Source: Chiloscyllium plagiosum | Taxonomy: Eukaryota | Assembly (NCBI RefSeq): GCF_004010195.1 | Contig: NC_057719.1 | Coordinates: forward strand, 75,926,882 to 75,990,881 | DNA: 64,000 bases | Direction of reading: 5' to 3' | Shown: piece after piece, positions 1 through 11,826 of the stretch | How the letters are laid out: every line of letters starts with the position of its first letter | How positions within the stretch are numbered: the first letter of the stretch is position 1 | Made by a program: the position numbers and the translations under genes | The notes under the pieces: model-generated | Told to the model about the DNA's origin: nothing | What the model saw: only the letters and a program-made list of their open reading frames with translations | Databases searched by the model: none

Positions 1-633
1 GCTCCAGGCCCACTGTCTATCCCCACTCTGCTCCAGGCCCACTGTCTGTCCTCACTTTGTTCCAGGCCACTGTGTATCCCCACTCTGCTCCAGGCCCACT
101 GTCTGTCCTCACTTTGTTCCAGGCCACTGTGTATCCCCACTCTGCTCCAGGCCCACTGTCTGTCCTACTCCGCTCCAGGCCCACTGTCTATCCCCACTCT
201 GCTCCAGGCCCACTGTCTGTCCTCACTTTGTTCCAGGCCACTGTGTATCCCCACTCTGCTCCAGGCCCACTGTCTATCCAGACTCTGCTCCAGGCCCACT
301 GTCTATCCCCACTCTGCTCCAGGCCCACTGTCTGTCCTCACTTTGTTCCAGGCCACTGTGTATCCCCACTCTGCTCCAGGCCCACTGTCTATCCAGACTC
401 TGCTCCAGGCCCACTGTCTATCCCCACTCTGCTCCAGGCCCACTGTCTGTCCTCACTTTGTTCCAGGCCACTGTGTATCCCCACTCCGCTCCAGGCCCAC
501 TGTCTATCCCCACTCTGCTCCAGGCCCACTGTCTGTCCTCACTCTGTTCCAGGCCACTGTGTATCCCCACTCCGCTCCAGGCCCACTGACTATCCCCACT
601 CTGCTCCGAGCCACTGTCTATCTCCACTCCAGG
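1..633. repeat. Minisatellite of 28/29-bp variant units, truncated by the window start
   Basis: About 22 tandem units such as gctccaggcccactgtctatccccactct (29), gctccaggcccactgtctgtcctcacttt (29) and gttccaggccactgtgtatccccactct (28). Confidence 0.97.
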
Positions 634-2291
634 CTGCTTATAGAAGAGGAAAAGTGTAGGGACAGAAAAAAACCCACGAGAGAGCAAAGAAAAGAGTAAA
701 AACACAGAAAAGGAACAAATGGAGCAAACAGAGCCTCAACTGCATCTTGGCAGAAAAAATCTACTTGTGTTCAATGTCAACCAGCATTGATTCATCGGCT
801 GGGTGGACTGTGTTAATCAGCAGGAGGTTTCCTTTGTCATGTTTAGCCTGATACCATGAAACTTCAGGGGACCGAGAGTCAATGTTGAGGACTCAGAGTC
901 CAACTTCCTGCCGACTGTATACCACTGTGTTGTTGGGTCTGTCATGTCAGTGGACAGGACATACCTTGGCATGGTGAGCTTACTATTCGGAACTTTATCT
1001 GTAAGCTATGATTCTTTGAGTGAGACGATGCCAGGCAATTGCTTGAATATCCTGTGGGATAGCCCTCCCTAGTTTGGTTCAATACCCAGATGAGATAAGG
1101 AGGGGTTTGCAGGATCATTTGCCATTGTAATTTCTGATCTGGTCAATTCAAGGTGACCTGTCTGGGTTCAGGTGAATGATTAACTTACTAGGCCATCTCA
1201 GATGGTAGTTAGAGTCACATTGTTGTGGGTTTGGTGCCAGAGCACGTAACGGTGGCACCTTACATTCCCGACAGGACATTAGTGAACAAGAATAGATTGT
1301 GTTTTTTTCAATAATTGACATGGTTGCACTAGACCAGATTGTAATTCCAGACATTTCTTTAATTGAATTTAAGTTTGGCTATTTGCCATGGTGGGACTTG
1401 AACCCACATCCCTGTTATTCTGGATTATGAACCCAGTAACATTCCCACTGGGTAACCACCTCCCCATCTGAAAGATAGTGCCTTTTACAGTGCAGCACTC
1501 TTCCCTGAAGTGTCAGTTAGAATCTTATGGGACTTGAACCCACTAATGTCTGATTTGCAAGACTGACCTAATCCATCTGCATACATAAATTGATCACAAT
1601 TTGGCAAAGTTTAAGAACTGTTTGTATTGGAGGTTTCTGCTAATTAACTATATTTCTAATTCTTTCTAAATTGTCAGCTCATCAAGCTTTGTGGTGCTTT
1701 CAGCCATATTTCATATCACAGCAAATCAAGTTGAAGCATTTATTCTCTGTTCATCTAAAGAATCACAAAGGAAAAATGAACCTAAACTATTTGTTCATTT
1801 TTATTCCAATATAATGGTTAAAATTGCTCTTATAAACTATTGCGTTTTTTTTCAATCTGTTGCATGAATTTGCCTCTGTGTAAATTTCTGTCTAACAAAG
1901 GAGCAGTTTTGTAGATTTACCTTGAGCTGTTTAATTTATATATAGCTCTCCTACATTTCAAAAATTTCAAAAACACATCATTAGCATCCTTTCTGGCAAT
2001 ACTGTGTCATTCACTCCAAACACGACGAAGTCTTGATTCATATGAAGCATAGATCTGTTTGTAAGGAACAGCAGTTTTGATGTTGTAAAGGTAAATAGTG
2101 TTGTCAGGTAGTCTTACTTATCCCAAAAACCATTTTATAGCATTAGCAGTGAGGATCTGGTTACAGAGATACGTATCAATAATTTAACATGTGGATTTAC
2201 TTGCAGCCCTTCCTCTGTCAGAGCTATATAAGTGTGTGTATGTTCTTTGTTAAAGTGTAATTTCCAGTAACATGAAAGAATCATGTGAAGT

Positions 2292-2560
2292 AGAACGCTT
2301 ACAGGTGCAGGAAGAGGTCCTTCGGCCCATTGGGTCGGTACTGACTCTCTGAAGAGTATCCAACCCAGAACCAAACCCATACCCCAACCACATAACCCTG
2401 CATGGGGCTTTACGATGGCTAACCCATCTAATCTGCACACCTTTGGACTCTGGGATGAAATCCACACAGACACAGGGAGAATGTGCAAACTCCACACAGA
2501 CAATCGCCTAAGGCTGGAATCGAACCTGGGTCCCTGGCATTGTGAGCCAGCAGTGCCAAC
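2292..2560 (-). mobile_element. HE1/V-SINE-type tRNA-derived SINE
   Basis: Reverse complement of the core gtctgtgtggagtttgcacattctccc and the B-box ggttcgattcc. Confidence 0.85.
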
Positions 2561-3451
2561 ATGCTTCTCTTCATGGAGGTGAAACAAAATAGTGATTGAT
2601 TGTCATTCTTAGTGTTGAACTTCCAACTAAACATTGAGCTTTATAACATGTAGGGTTTCAAGCAAAGTAGACCTCTTCATCTGTTTCTCTGATCCTTGGT
2701 AAAATGACACCAATGATCACCTCTGCCCCCTCGCCATCATCCTGAGCATATGCACTGAGCTCTTAGCTGCCGCAGCTATTCCTCTTGTTAAGCATTGGAG
2801 GCAGATGGCAGGATTTTTAACTTTGAAGTGGGAATCAGGGAAATTGGAGATTCCCAAGAATTGCAGTGTTGTCTCTGAGCTGGCAGTGCCTGCCGATGCT
2901 ACTTCTATCTTGTCACCTCCAGCAGCAGCACCATGGCAGAATCTGAGGTGGACCAATTCCGAGGTACCGAGCCTAGAAGAACTACCTATGTACAAAGAGA
3001 CATTGGCCAATTCTGCAGATGAGAGTGGAAACCTCTGAACCAATTATAAGCTTCCTTCCTTACCATTCTTGAACACTCTTTATTCTCTCATAGCTCACTT
3101 ACACCACCAAACCTTGCTGAACCTATTCCTAATTACAGTAGCCATTGTAATTAGGACTCAATGGCCATTTCAATAACATTTGGAAGTGTTTGAAAAGCTC
3201 ATACATCTGTCAGAATAAAGAAACATTAATTGGATATTCATTATCTTCGTAAAAATCTGATTGTTCTGTCACAATCAACAAGCTCTCAGTTCACTTTGAC
3301 AGCTGTGTCAACAAACCTTGCTGGGAAAAAAATCTGTTAATGGAGTTGGAAGGCAACTAACTGGTCGTAGTGGAATTTTGTTGAACAATTGTATCACAAA
3401 ATCCTCCTGAATAGAATCAATTTGAACTTTGAATATAGCCAGAAGCTAAGT

Positions 3452-3490
3452 CATCTGTCAGTACTTTGAAGGTCAAAGTACTGACAGATG
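3452..3490. repeat. Perfect 18-bp inverted repeat with a 3-nt loop
   Basis: catctgtcagtactttga-agg-tcaaagtactgacagatg. Confidence 0.95.
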
Positions 3491-4587
3491 TGAAATTCAA
3501 GGATAAGATAAAAACCAAGGGGATATTTCATGCACTTGCATCTGGTCTCCAATATTGTACAATGCAGAATAATGCTTTATCCAGCAGTCTATTCTAATGT
3601 AATCCACTTTCTCAATGCTATTGACAGCTGGGAATTGTCAAAAGTAACAGCTTGGTAATCACATTACTTAATTATCATTTACCTTTTCAAAACCAAGAAC
3701 TGTGATCACTCAATACAATAAAAAGGGAGATAATCTGTGCTACAGCCTTTCATAATGTGAAGTATATAACACATTTTCATTATGTGAAGGAGGCAATGTA
3801 TTTTTAATTGATGCTTTATGCATATCCTGTGGTTTGCCCATAATACACAACATCTCAGTGATGGAATGATTGACATCATTGCCAAAACCCACCTTCCTCC
3901 ATCAGAATTGTTTAAATTCAGAAACTCACATTGTCCCCAGGTTGGGAAAGGTAGGTCTGGCCCAGACGTTCTGAAATTCAGTGATTCTCTCTGTGCCAGA
4001 AGGATGGCATTGAGGAAACTCTAGCTCCTTGAGGAGACATCCACTAACCTTATGTCAAAATAAGTGAAATGCCCACCCAGACCAGCGAAAATGGCCCACA
4101 AATTATTTATATTGCAAATGGGACTCGAACCATGAGTTTAAAAATGAACAATGCACTCTGATATTATTCACCTTTTTTTTACTTTCGTCTGGAATACCTT
4201 GGGGCTTTCGTTGGAATCTGAGTGGAACTAGTGTCAATCTTTACCATTACATTGTGCCTGATTGAGATGGGAGTGGTGAGATTCCTGGAAAGGCGCAGGA
4301 AATTCTCTAAGAATATCCCAATGACATTTATTTTTTGCACTTTTCCCCATGAGGGAGACATTTAACTTTTACACAACCTTTGGCATACGCAGAGGTACAT
4401 TCAGGCTCCTTGGACCTCAGCATTTTGACTCCTCTGAATTGGCATGGCATCTGACCGTAGAGATCTGAACAATCCTTTTATTTGGCATGCCAAAATGCTT
4501 GAAATTAAGAATAGAAGCATTTCTTCAGGGAAAGATGCTGAGATTAATTGTAACACTTGTTGATCCATATATTGTTGGGGGGAGATA

Positions 4588-4940
4588 GGCAATGACCCAG
4601 TGATAGTATCGCTAGACTATTAAACCAGGAACTCAGTTCATTTTCTGGAGATGCGGGTTTGAATGCTGCCACGGCAGATGGTAGAATTTGAACTCAGTAA
4701 AAGAAAATCTGGAATTAAGAATCTACTGATGACCATGAATCCACTATTGATTGATGGAAAAAAACAATTTGGTTCATTAATGTTCTTCAAGGAAGGAAAT
4801 CTGCCATCCTTACCTGGTCTGGCCTACATATGACTCCAGACCCACAGCAATGTGGTTGATTTTTAACTGCCCTCTGGGCAATTAAGGATGGGCAATAAAT
4901 GCTGGCCTGGCCAGCGTTGCCCTCGTCTTGTGAATATTTT
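4588..4940 (+). mobile_element. Second tRNA-derived SINE family (other copies at ~1150-1465 -, 13810-14130 -, 40750-42060 + interrupted, 48390-48730 -, 51960-52260 -)
   Basis: tRNA-like head, shared body ctggtctggcctacatatgactccagacccacagcaatgtggttga, and tail gatgggcaataaatgctggcc. Confidence 0.7.
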
Positions 4941-6295
4941 TTTAAAAAGTAAGACTGACAAGCTGCCACAGCCCAAACATTCAAATGTGGGGCTTTCTGG
5001 ATGTGAATGGTTCTTAGTGCATGAATGTGATGTATTCAGCTTTCAAGAGTTGGATCTCAAAGTTCTTCTGAAAGCTTTACCTTGTTCATTGTACTGATAC
5101 ATTTGCCTCAAGAAACAAAATAAATTAGACCAAGATGGTCCTCTGTTGTAAAGATCTTTGAAATGTTAAGGTGTATGTACCATGAGTGATATGTTGGAAA
5201 TGCAACTATAAGATTTATTAAAACATCCAGCACTGTTTCAGGAAGCCAATGGCAAATATAGACTAGACCCAGTATTTAATATTAAACATAACTTGATATC
5301 ATACCTCCAAGTATGAGTTCATATGAACTAAAGTGAGGTTTCAATTAGCTGCCAAAACCAATTGGAAATCTACAATTAAATCCAGGTTCAGAAAAGACTA
5401 ACTTTATTTGAATGGCAGAAATTTGGAACAAATTAATTCCATTTCAATATGAAATGTAGATGGAAAGTTTTAAGGGCAAAGTTGAACTGATTCAAGTCAG
5501 ATATGCCCCTGAAAGTAGGGAATATGGTAATAAGACGTCAAGTTGCAAACTTGACATGTACAAAGATATGTAAGACATAATTTATTTTCAATTAAAACTG
5601 TTGATGCACGGAAAAGCAGTTAAAAATAACCAAATCTACTATCCATAACACTAACACATTAATGGCAAAGTGGAACATGGACTCCCTTGGTAGTAATGGG
5701 AAGAGATATTTTAGCAAAGGGACTGTATTAGGACATTGGAAGATAAGAATAAATAAGTAAGGAACCTCAGAGCATCCCATAGTTGCTAAATATGTACTTG
5801 CTTCACTATGCAAAATGATGAGTAACCGACTGTACTAAATTATGCTGTTGACATTGAAAATAATTAAAGTGAGTATATAGTTTTGAAAGAATAATTGGCT
5901 TGTATAAGGTCACTAAGACTGGAATCATGCCAGTGTGGATTTAGTTTTGTTTTAAAAATGGATAAAGCAGAACCAGGTAATTATAGTCTTAGTAGCATGA
6001 CATCAGTAATGCTTCAGGGAGTCATTAGCGATAGAATATATTACCACTTAGACAGGAAAGGTACACTAGACACCCAGCAAGGTTTCTGGAAAAGAAGATT
6101 ACACTCTACCAGTCTGTTTTTTTTTTAAAGAAGTCTTCGGGTTAGTAGATGAAGTCAACCCAATTGGCATTGTTTTCCTGGGCTTGAGAAGATTTTGACA
6201 AGGTACCTCACTGTAGTATAGAATCGTGTGGAATTAGTGGAAGTCTGCTACAGTGAATTGATAATTGACTGAATGCTCCTGCTTGGTAAACAGTT

Positions 6296-6600
6296 CATAG
6301 AATCCCTAAGGTGTGTGTCAGTCCTCACTGACCCTCTGAAGAGCAACCCACACACACCCACTTCCCTCTATTCCCAATGGCTAATCCACCTAACCTAACA
6401 TTCCTGAACACTATGGGCAATTTAGGAAGGCCAGTCCACCTAGCCTGCATATCTTTGGAGGAGAGTGGAGCTCCAGAAGAAACCCATGCAGGCACGAGGA
6501 GAATGTGTAAACTCCACACAAACAGTCAACCAAGGGTGGAATCGAACCCATGCTCCTGGCACGGTGGGGTAGCAGTGCTAACCACTGAGCCACCGTGGTG
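6296..6600 (-). mobile_element. HE1/V-SINE-type SINE
   Basis: Same core and tRNA-like head (gcagtgctaaccactgagccacc on the + strand). Confidence 0.85.
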
Positions 6601-7061
6601 TGCTGTTAATGGATTTGGGTCTGCTTCAGAGCCCGGTCATTCTTCTTTAGTTTTCCTCCCAAAAGCCAGTCTGACCCACAGTGTCACAATCTCCTTCACA
6701 GTTAGAAAAGGTTCTGAATTCACCCCAGCTGCAAAGTTGATCAAACCTTGTATCTTTGGCACCAATCAAATGCACACTCATCATCCAGCTAACTAAGTGA
6801 CCTGAACCCCACTACAAGAGTGAGGCAGCACCTTTATGTTCATGTTTTCATCCAGAACTATGAAAGCTGCATTTTTATTCCCACCGTTTGCCTGACCAGG
6901 AATTTCTCCCACTCTTAGCACCAACCATTGCTGGGAGGATTTTCACAGATTGAAACTCAATTCATTTGGCTATACTGTGAAAGTACCTTCTTTGGCCAAT
7001 AACTCTTGAAGTGAAACTTGAACTCAAAGTTTCCAATTCACATGCAAGATGCTACCCATTT

Positions 7062-7282
7062 GGGGCTTGCTTAGCTCAGTTGGCTTGACGGCTGATTTTT
7101 GATACAGAGAGATACCATCAGTGTGGGTTCAATTCCTGTAAGGGCTGAGGTTACCATGAATGACTCTCCTTTTCAACCTCTCCTCTCACCTAAGGTTTGG
7201 TGACACTCAGATTAAACCACCATCAGTTGTCTCTGTCTACTAAAGCAAGCATTCTGATGGGATTATGGCAGCCTTACCTTTG
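7062..7282 (+). mobile_element. Third tRNA-derived SINE family (copies at 21112-21340 + and ~9165-9295 -)
   Basis: ttagctcagttggct A-box, ggttcaattcc B-box, and body aligning by eye with 21112-21340. Confidence 0.7.
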
Positions 7283-7373
7283 CCACTTCACCATTGAGCC
7301 AATTACCATTGGCTTCCTGCAGGGATTAGTGTTGGGACCTTTGTTACTTACTGTTCTGATAATGATCTAGATA

Positions 7374-8142
7374 GTTTTGAGAAGCTCAGGTTGACATTCT
7401 GGATGTAAGTTTGCTCGCTGAGCTGGAAGGTTTGTTTTCAGATGTTTCGTCACCATACTAGGTAACATCATCAGTGAGCTTAAGGATGAAGCACTGATGG
7501 TATGGCCCGCTTTCTATTTATGTGTTTAGGTTTCCTTGGGTTGGCGGTGTCATTTCCTGTAGTGATGCCATTTCCTGTGATGATGTCATTTCCTGTTCTT
7601 TTTCTCAGGGGGTGGTAAATGGAATCCAAGTCAATGTGTTTGTTGATAGAGTTCCAGTTGGAATGCCATGCTTCAAGGAATTCTCGTGCATGTCTCTGTT
7701 TGGCTTGTCCTAGGATGGATGTGTTGTCCCAGTCGAAGTGATGTCCTTCCTCATCCATATGTAAGAATACTAGTGAGAGTGAGACATGTCTTTTTGTGGC
7801 TAGTTGATGTTCATGTATCCTGGTGGCTTGTTTTCTGCCTGTTTGTCCATTGTAGTGTTTGTTACAGTTCTTGCAAGATATTTTGTAAATGACATTAGTT
7901 TACCTTGTTGTCTGTCAAGGTCTTTCAAGTTCATTAGCTGCTGTTTTAGTGTGTTGGTAGGTTTGTGGGCTACCATGATGCCAAGAGGTCTGAGTAGTCT
8001 GGCAGTCATTTCCAAGATGTCTTTGATGTAGGGGAGAGTAGCTAGGGTTTCTAGACGTGTTTTGTCTGCTTGTTTGAGTTTGTTGCTGAGAAATCGGCAG
8101 ACTGTGTTCACTGGGTACCCGTTCTTTTGCAGTGTATTGCAA
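7374..8142 (-). mobile_element. 5'-truncated Penelope-like element (RT C-terminus, GIY-YIG endonuclease, terminal repeat)
   Basis: Minus-strand peptides ATLPYIKDI...VAHKPTNTL, NVIYKISCKNCNKHYNGQT and GHHFDWDNTSIL...REFLEAWHS. 13-bp TSD aatgatctagata at 7361-7373 and 8143-8155. Confidence 0.9.
7439..7476 (-). ncRNA. Minimal hammerhead ribozyme motif in the Penelope terminal repeat
   Basis: Minus strand reads CA-CUGAUGA-U-GUUACC-UAGUAU-GGUGAC-GAAA-CAUC-UG: both core boxes and a 6-bp stem II with one GU pair. Confidence 0.7.
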
Positions 8143-9347
8143 AATGATCTAGATATCTGTGTTCAGGATTTAAGGCACATTTGCACTAACACCAAGATAT
8201 CTGAGACAGGACAGTGCAGGTTACTCAGTTACCACATGCAGATCCAGATAGGCTGAACAACTAAACCTTTGTTTGACAAATGATGGCTCACTTGGGAAGT
8301 GTCAGGTGAGGCACCTGGGAATGTCAAATGCTAAACCTACATGTGCCACACAGGGAAAAGAATGACAGAGAGTGCTGGAATAAAAGCTTAATTAGAATAT
8401 GAATCTCTATGGTCTAATGTTAATGCTGTTAATCAATAGCTAAAGTAATCAGGAATCCAGCATGTATTTGTGGGAAGATTCGCTACATTAAAAATAAAAT
8501 CATTTTTGCCTCACAAGCTTTGGTCTCATCATCTGATAATGAATACTGAGATTTTGGAAAGGGTATAGTGGTATTTGATAACATAATTCCCAATTTTTAA
8601 TGCCTTAGCCACCTTTGATGACAGTGATAAGCCTAGCCTGGAATCATTAGCAAAATGTTTGGAGTGGCTTGATCCAGGTTTGTAAGATCATGAAACAGTG
8701 ATGGACTGATTATTTCAACCGACCAGGTTAGGGGAGACATTGGGTCCTGTTTACACATTGTGCAGCAGTGAACCTAAGTTAACGCTCTGTGTTTCTTTTC
8801 CCTATGAAATGTGGAACAGATTGCCAGGTCATGCAGTTTATTCACTGTATTCTTTCAAATGAAACTTGTATGCTTGTTTAGTTGGAGTGGAGATCAGGTA
8901 GGTAAGCTGTAACATAAATCAGGGAAAGACTGATCTCTTATATCAGTTTCAATCAATAAGGGGAATTGAAGGGGAATTTTCCATTTCTTTTCCTATCTTG
9001 CCCTGGTTCTTATTTGATTTTCTAATGTGACATAAGGTGGAGTAGGAGTGCATGTCCTCTGATTTGTAAGGCGACATGCCTGGTTGCGATAAACTGAACA
9101 GATTTATGGCATTTTTCTGCCCATATTGTTTGCATAGCAGCTATAAGTTGCAGTATCATAGAGTAAACCATTATCCCAATTCCCTCATTAGAGAGAGACA
9201 ACTGGTAATGGTTTAGTGTGAGGGTCACATGCCTCAGGCAAAAAGAGAGGTTGAGATGGAGAGTCCTGTGTGGTAGCCTCAACTGGTGTGTGGGGATATA
9301 TGCCTTTTTTTGTCCTTTGATTTAATCTGTGTCCTTTTCACCGACAG

Positions 9348-9447
9348 AGCACAGTGGACAAGCTAATAAAGAAAACGAACCTAGCACTCGTGGTAGGAAC
9401 ACATTCCTGGCGGGATCAGTTCATGGAGGCCATCACAGTCAGTGCTG
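9348..9447 (+). CDS. SLC8A3: Na+/Ca2+ exchanger 3 internal coding exon (end of cytoplasmic loop), 100 bp
   Basis: Polypyrimidine tract and ccgacag acceptor, gtaag donor at 9448. Translates STVDKLIKKTNLALVVGTHSWRDQFMEAITVSA. LVVGTHSWRDQFMEA matches NCX3 better than NCX1 or NCX2 as I recall them. Not in the ORF track. Confidence 0.9.
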
Positions 9448-9809
9448 GTAAGAACTATTACCATAAGATCTGCCTGTTCAGTAGGCTGTTTTTAACATGA
9501 GACCTAATCCTCCTGTGAGTTGGAAACAAGACATGAACATGACCCTTGAGAAAAACATTCACTTTTCTTTGACTACCAAGAATGATGTCATTAGGGATGC
9601 TTGTTGATAGGATTTAATGTTTGATCACCTACATTTTCAGCATTGTGATTAAATGCAAACTCTGTCATCAGGTAAGTGCTAAGTGGCCCAACAAAGGTCA
9701 TATCCACTGGCTGGAGAATGGCAGCATGCCCCATCAGATTCATTGAAAAGGCATCATGGAATCAAATGCTTTTCAGGCACTTAAGTGATTACTGTTGGAC
9801 ACCTTTGAG

Positions 9810-10085
9810 GATGGCACAGTGGTTAGCACTGCTGCCTCACAGTGCCAGGGACCTGGGTTTGATTCCAGCCTCGGTTAACGGTCAGTTTGTGCAGTTTGCA
9901 CATTCTCCCCGTGTCTGCGTGGGCCTGCTCTGTGTGCTCTAGTTTCCGCCCACAGTCCAAAGATGTCCACACTAGGGGGATTGGCCATAGGAAGTATGGG
10001 GGTTGGGTCTGGGTGGGATGCAGTTTTGAGGGTCATTGTCAACTTGATGGACTGAATGGCCTCTTTCTGTGCTGTAGGGATTCTC
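9810..10085 (+). mobile_element. HE1/V-SINE-type SINE
   Basis: tggcacagtggttagcactgctgcctcacag head, V-core, ctgtagggattct tail. Confidence 0.85.
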
Positions 10086-11496
10086 TGACTTTCCTCATTT
10101 TTGAGTTTTGCACTATTGGAAATCCTGCTGTCTGGGAACCGACCTGCCAATCAGGGGCCAGCAGTCCCTCATTTCCACCTGACCCCACAGAGACATTACA
10201 CATGGAATATGTGTGTTCTTCAGCATTCATTCTCCAAAAAGAATTCAGACCATTTGAAAAGTCCAGTTTGCCAGTGGCCATCTTTCTCAAAGTACCCACT
10301 GGGGTAGTCCAGAGCACAGAGTCTGTGATTGTGAGTGTATTGCAGAATCCATACCCAAAACTTTATTTTTTTTGTCCCATTTTCTTTATGAGCTCCAGTG
10401 CAGAGGGATGTGTCCTCATGGCCAGAACAAACTAAATAAACAACTTACAACAAACGCAGAGACTAAGGAATTAGGATATTGGTAGGTTTTGGAGACTAAG
10501 TAAGAATGGAGTCTCGGCATATTCCAGAATTAATAAATATACTAACTATAAAATAAGTTGGCAAGCATGATTCTCTTTTGGAAAATCATGCCCATAGAAA
10601 ATCTCTAAATGTCCTGCTACATTTTAATAATGGATTCCAGCATTTTCCCAGTGACAGTAGGCTAGTTCAGCTAACTAGCCTACATTACCTGCATTCTGTC
10701 TCCCTCAGAAGAGTTAGATTTCCATTTTATCAATCCACCAGGACCTCTTTACAAGATTACAGCTATTCTAACCATTATCTATTCAGTCACTTACTTAAGG
10801 CCCAGTGATGCAGGCTTCAGTTCTATGAGTTCTAGCAATTTTCCCTAGTGATCGTGATTGTTTTAGTTCTCCCCTTCCTTTTGCCTCTTGATATGTCTCC
10901 TATTCCAGGGATTCTTGTTGTGTCTTCTACCTTGAAGATAAATACAAAATATTTGTTCAAATACTTGCTATTTCTTTGATTCCCATTATGAATTGCCAGG
11001 CCTCATCCAGAGAGCTATTCTCTTCTTTGCCATATACTTCAAGAACTTATTCTCTATTTTTATATTTCTTGCTAGTTTACTCTCATACTCTAATCTCACT
11101 TTTTTGTCATCATTTGCTGGTTTCTAAAATTATCCCAATCTTCTGGTCTGCCACTAAACTTGGAAACATTATGGGCTTTCTCTTCCAATGTTATACTGTA
11201 ACTTCCTTATTTATTCCCAGGTGGTGGCTCTTTCCTGTAGAGTCTTTCCTTCTCATTGGAATATACCTTTGTTGAGAATTACGAAATACCTGCTTTAAAG
11301 TCTTCCACCGCTTATCAATTCTTCGAATCCTCTACTACAATTCAACGAAAGGGAACAGAGATAAATCAGGAAAATAAAGAATGATTAACCTAAAATCGGC
11401 AGGTTACTGGAAACATTGTCAAGAACAAAATGAACTTTGTTTAGAACCAAGTGGATTAATCAAACTAGCAGTGATTTGTCAAATCAAATTGCATCT

Positions 11497-11826
11497 GGCA
11501 TGGTGGCTCAGTGGTTAGCACTGTTACCTCACATCACAAGGGTCCTGGGTTCAATTTCACCCTCAAGCAACTGTCTATGTGGAGTTTGCAAATTCTCCTT
11601 GTGTCTGTGTGGGTTTTCTCCAGGTGTTCCAGTTTCCTCCCACAGTCCAAAGATGGGTAGTTAAGGTCAATGCTAAGTTGTCTGTGGTGTCCACGGAAAT
11701 GCAAGCTAAGTGGGTTAGTGTCCATGGGAAATGCAAGGTGATGGGGGATGGTGGGTAGGATGCTTTTGGAAGGCCAAAGTTGACTTGATGGGCCAAATGG
11801 CCTCTTTCCACATTGTAGGGATTCTA
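11497..11826 (+). mobile_element. HE1/V-SINE-type SINE
   Basis: ggcatggtggctcagtggttagc head, core and CR1-like tail. Confidence 0.85.

Noticed and set aside
1..633. CRISPR-like appearance of ~29-bp repeats
   Set aside because: Units are directly tandem with no unique spacers, there are no cas genes, and the context is vertebrate.
640..700. EEEKCRDRKKPT peptide loosely resembling the NCX DRKLT..EEE exon
   Set aside because: A-rich low-complexity sequence with an in-frame stop and no RIAEMGKP or EESYEFK motif. The true upstream exon seems to lie outside the window.
57..705. ORFs of 200, 118 and 95 aa with repetitive peptides
   Set aside because: They are by-products of a stop-free minisatellite, with frame shifts caused by the 28/29-bp units.
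9887..10435. 182-aa ORF and similar Cys/Trp-rich ORFs over SINE copies
   Set aside because: Chance read-through of HE1 SINE sequence. The same peptides recur at each copy.
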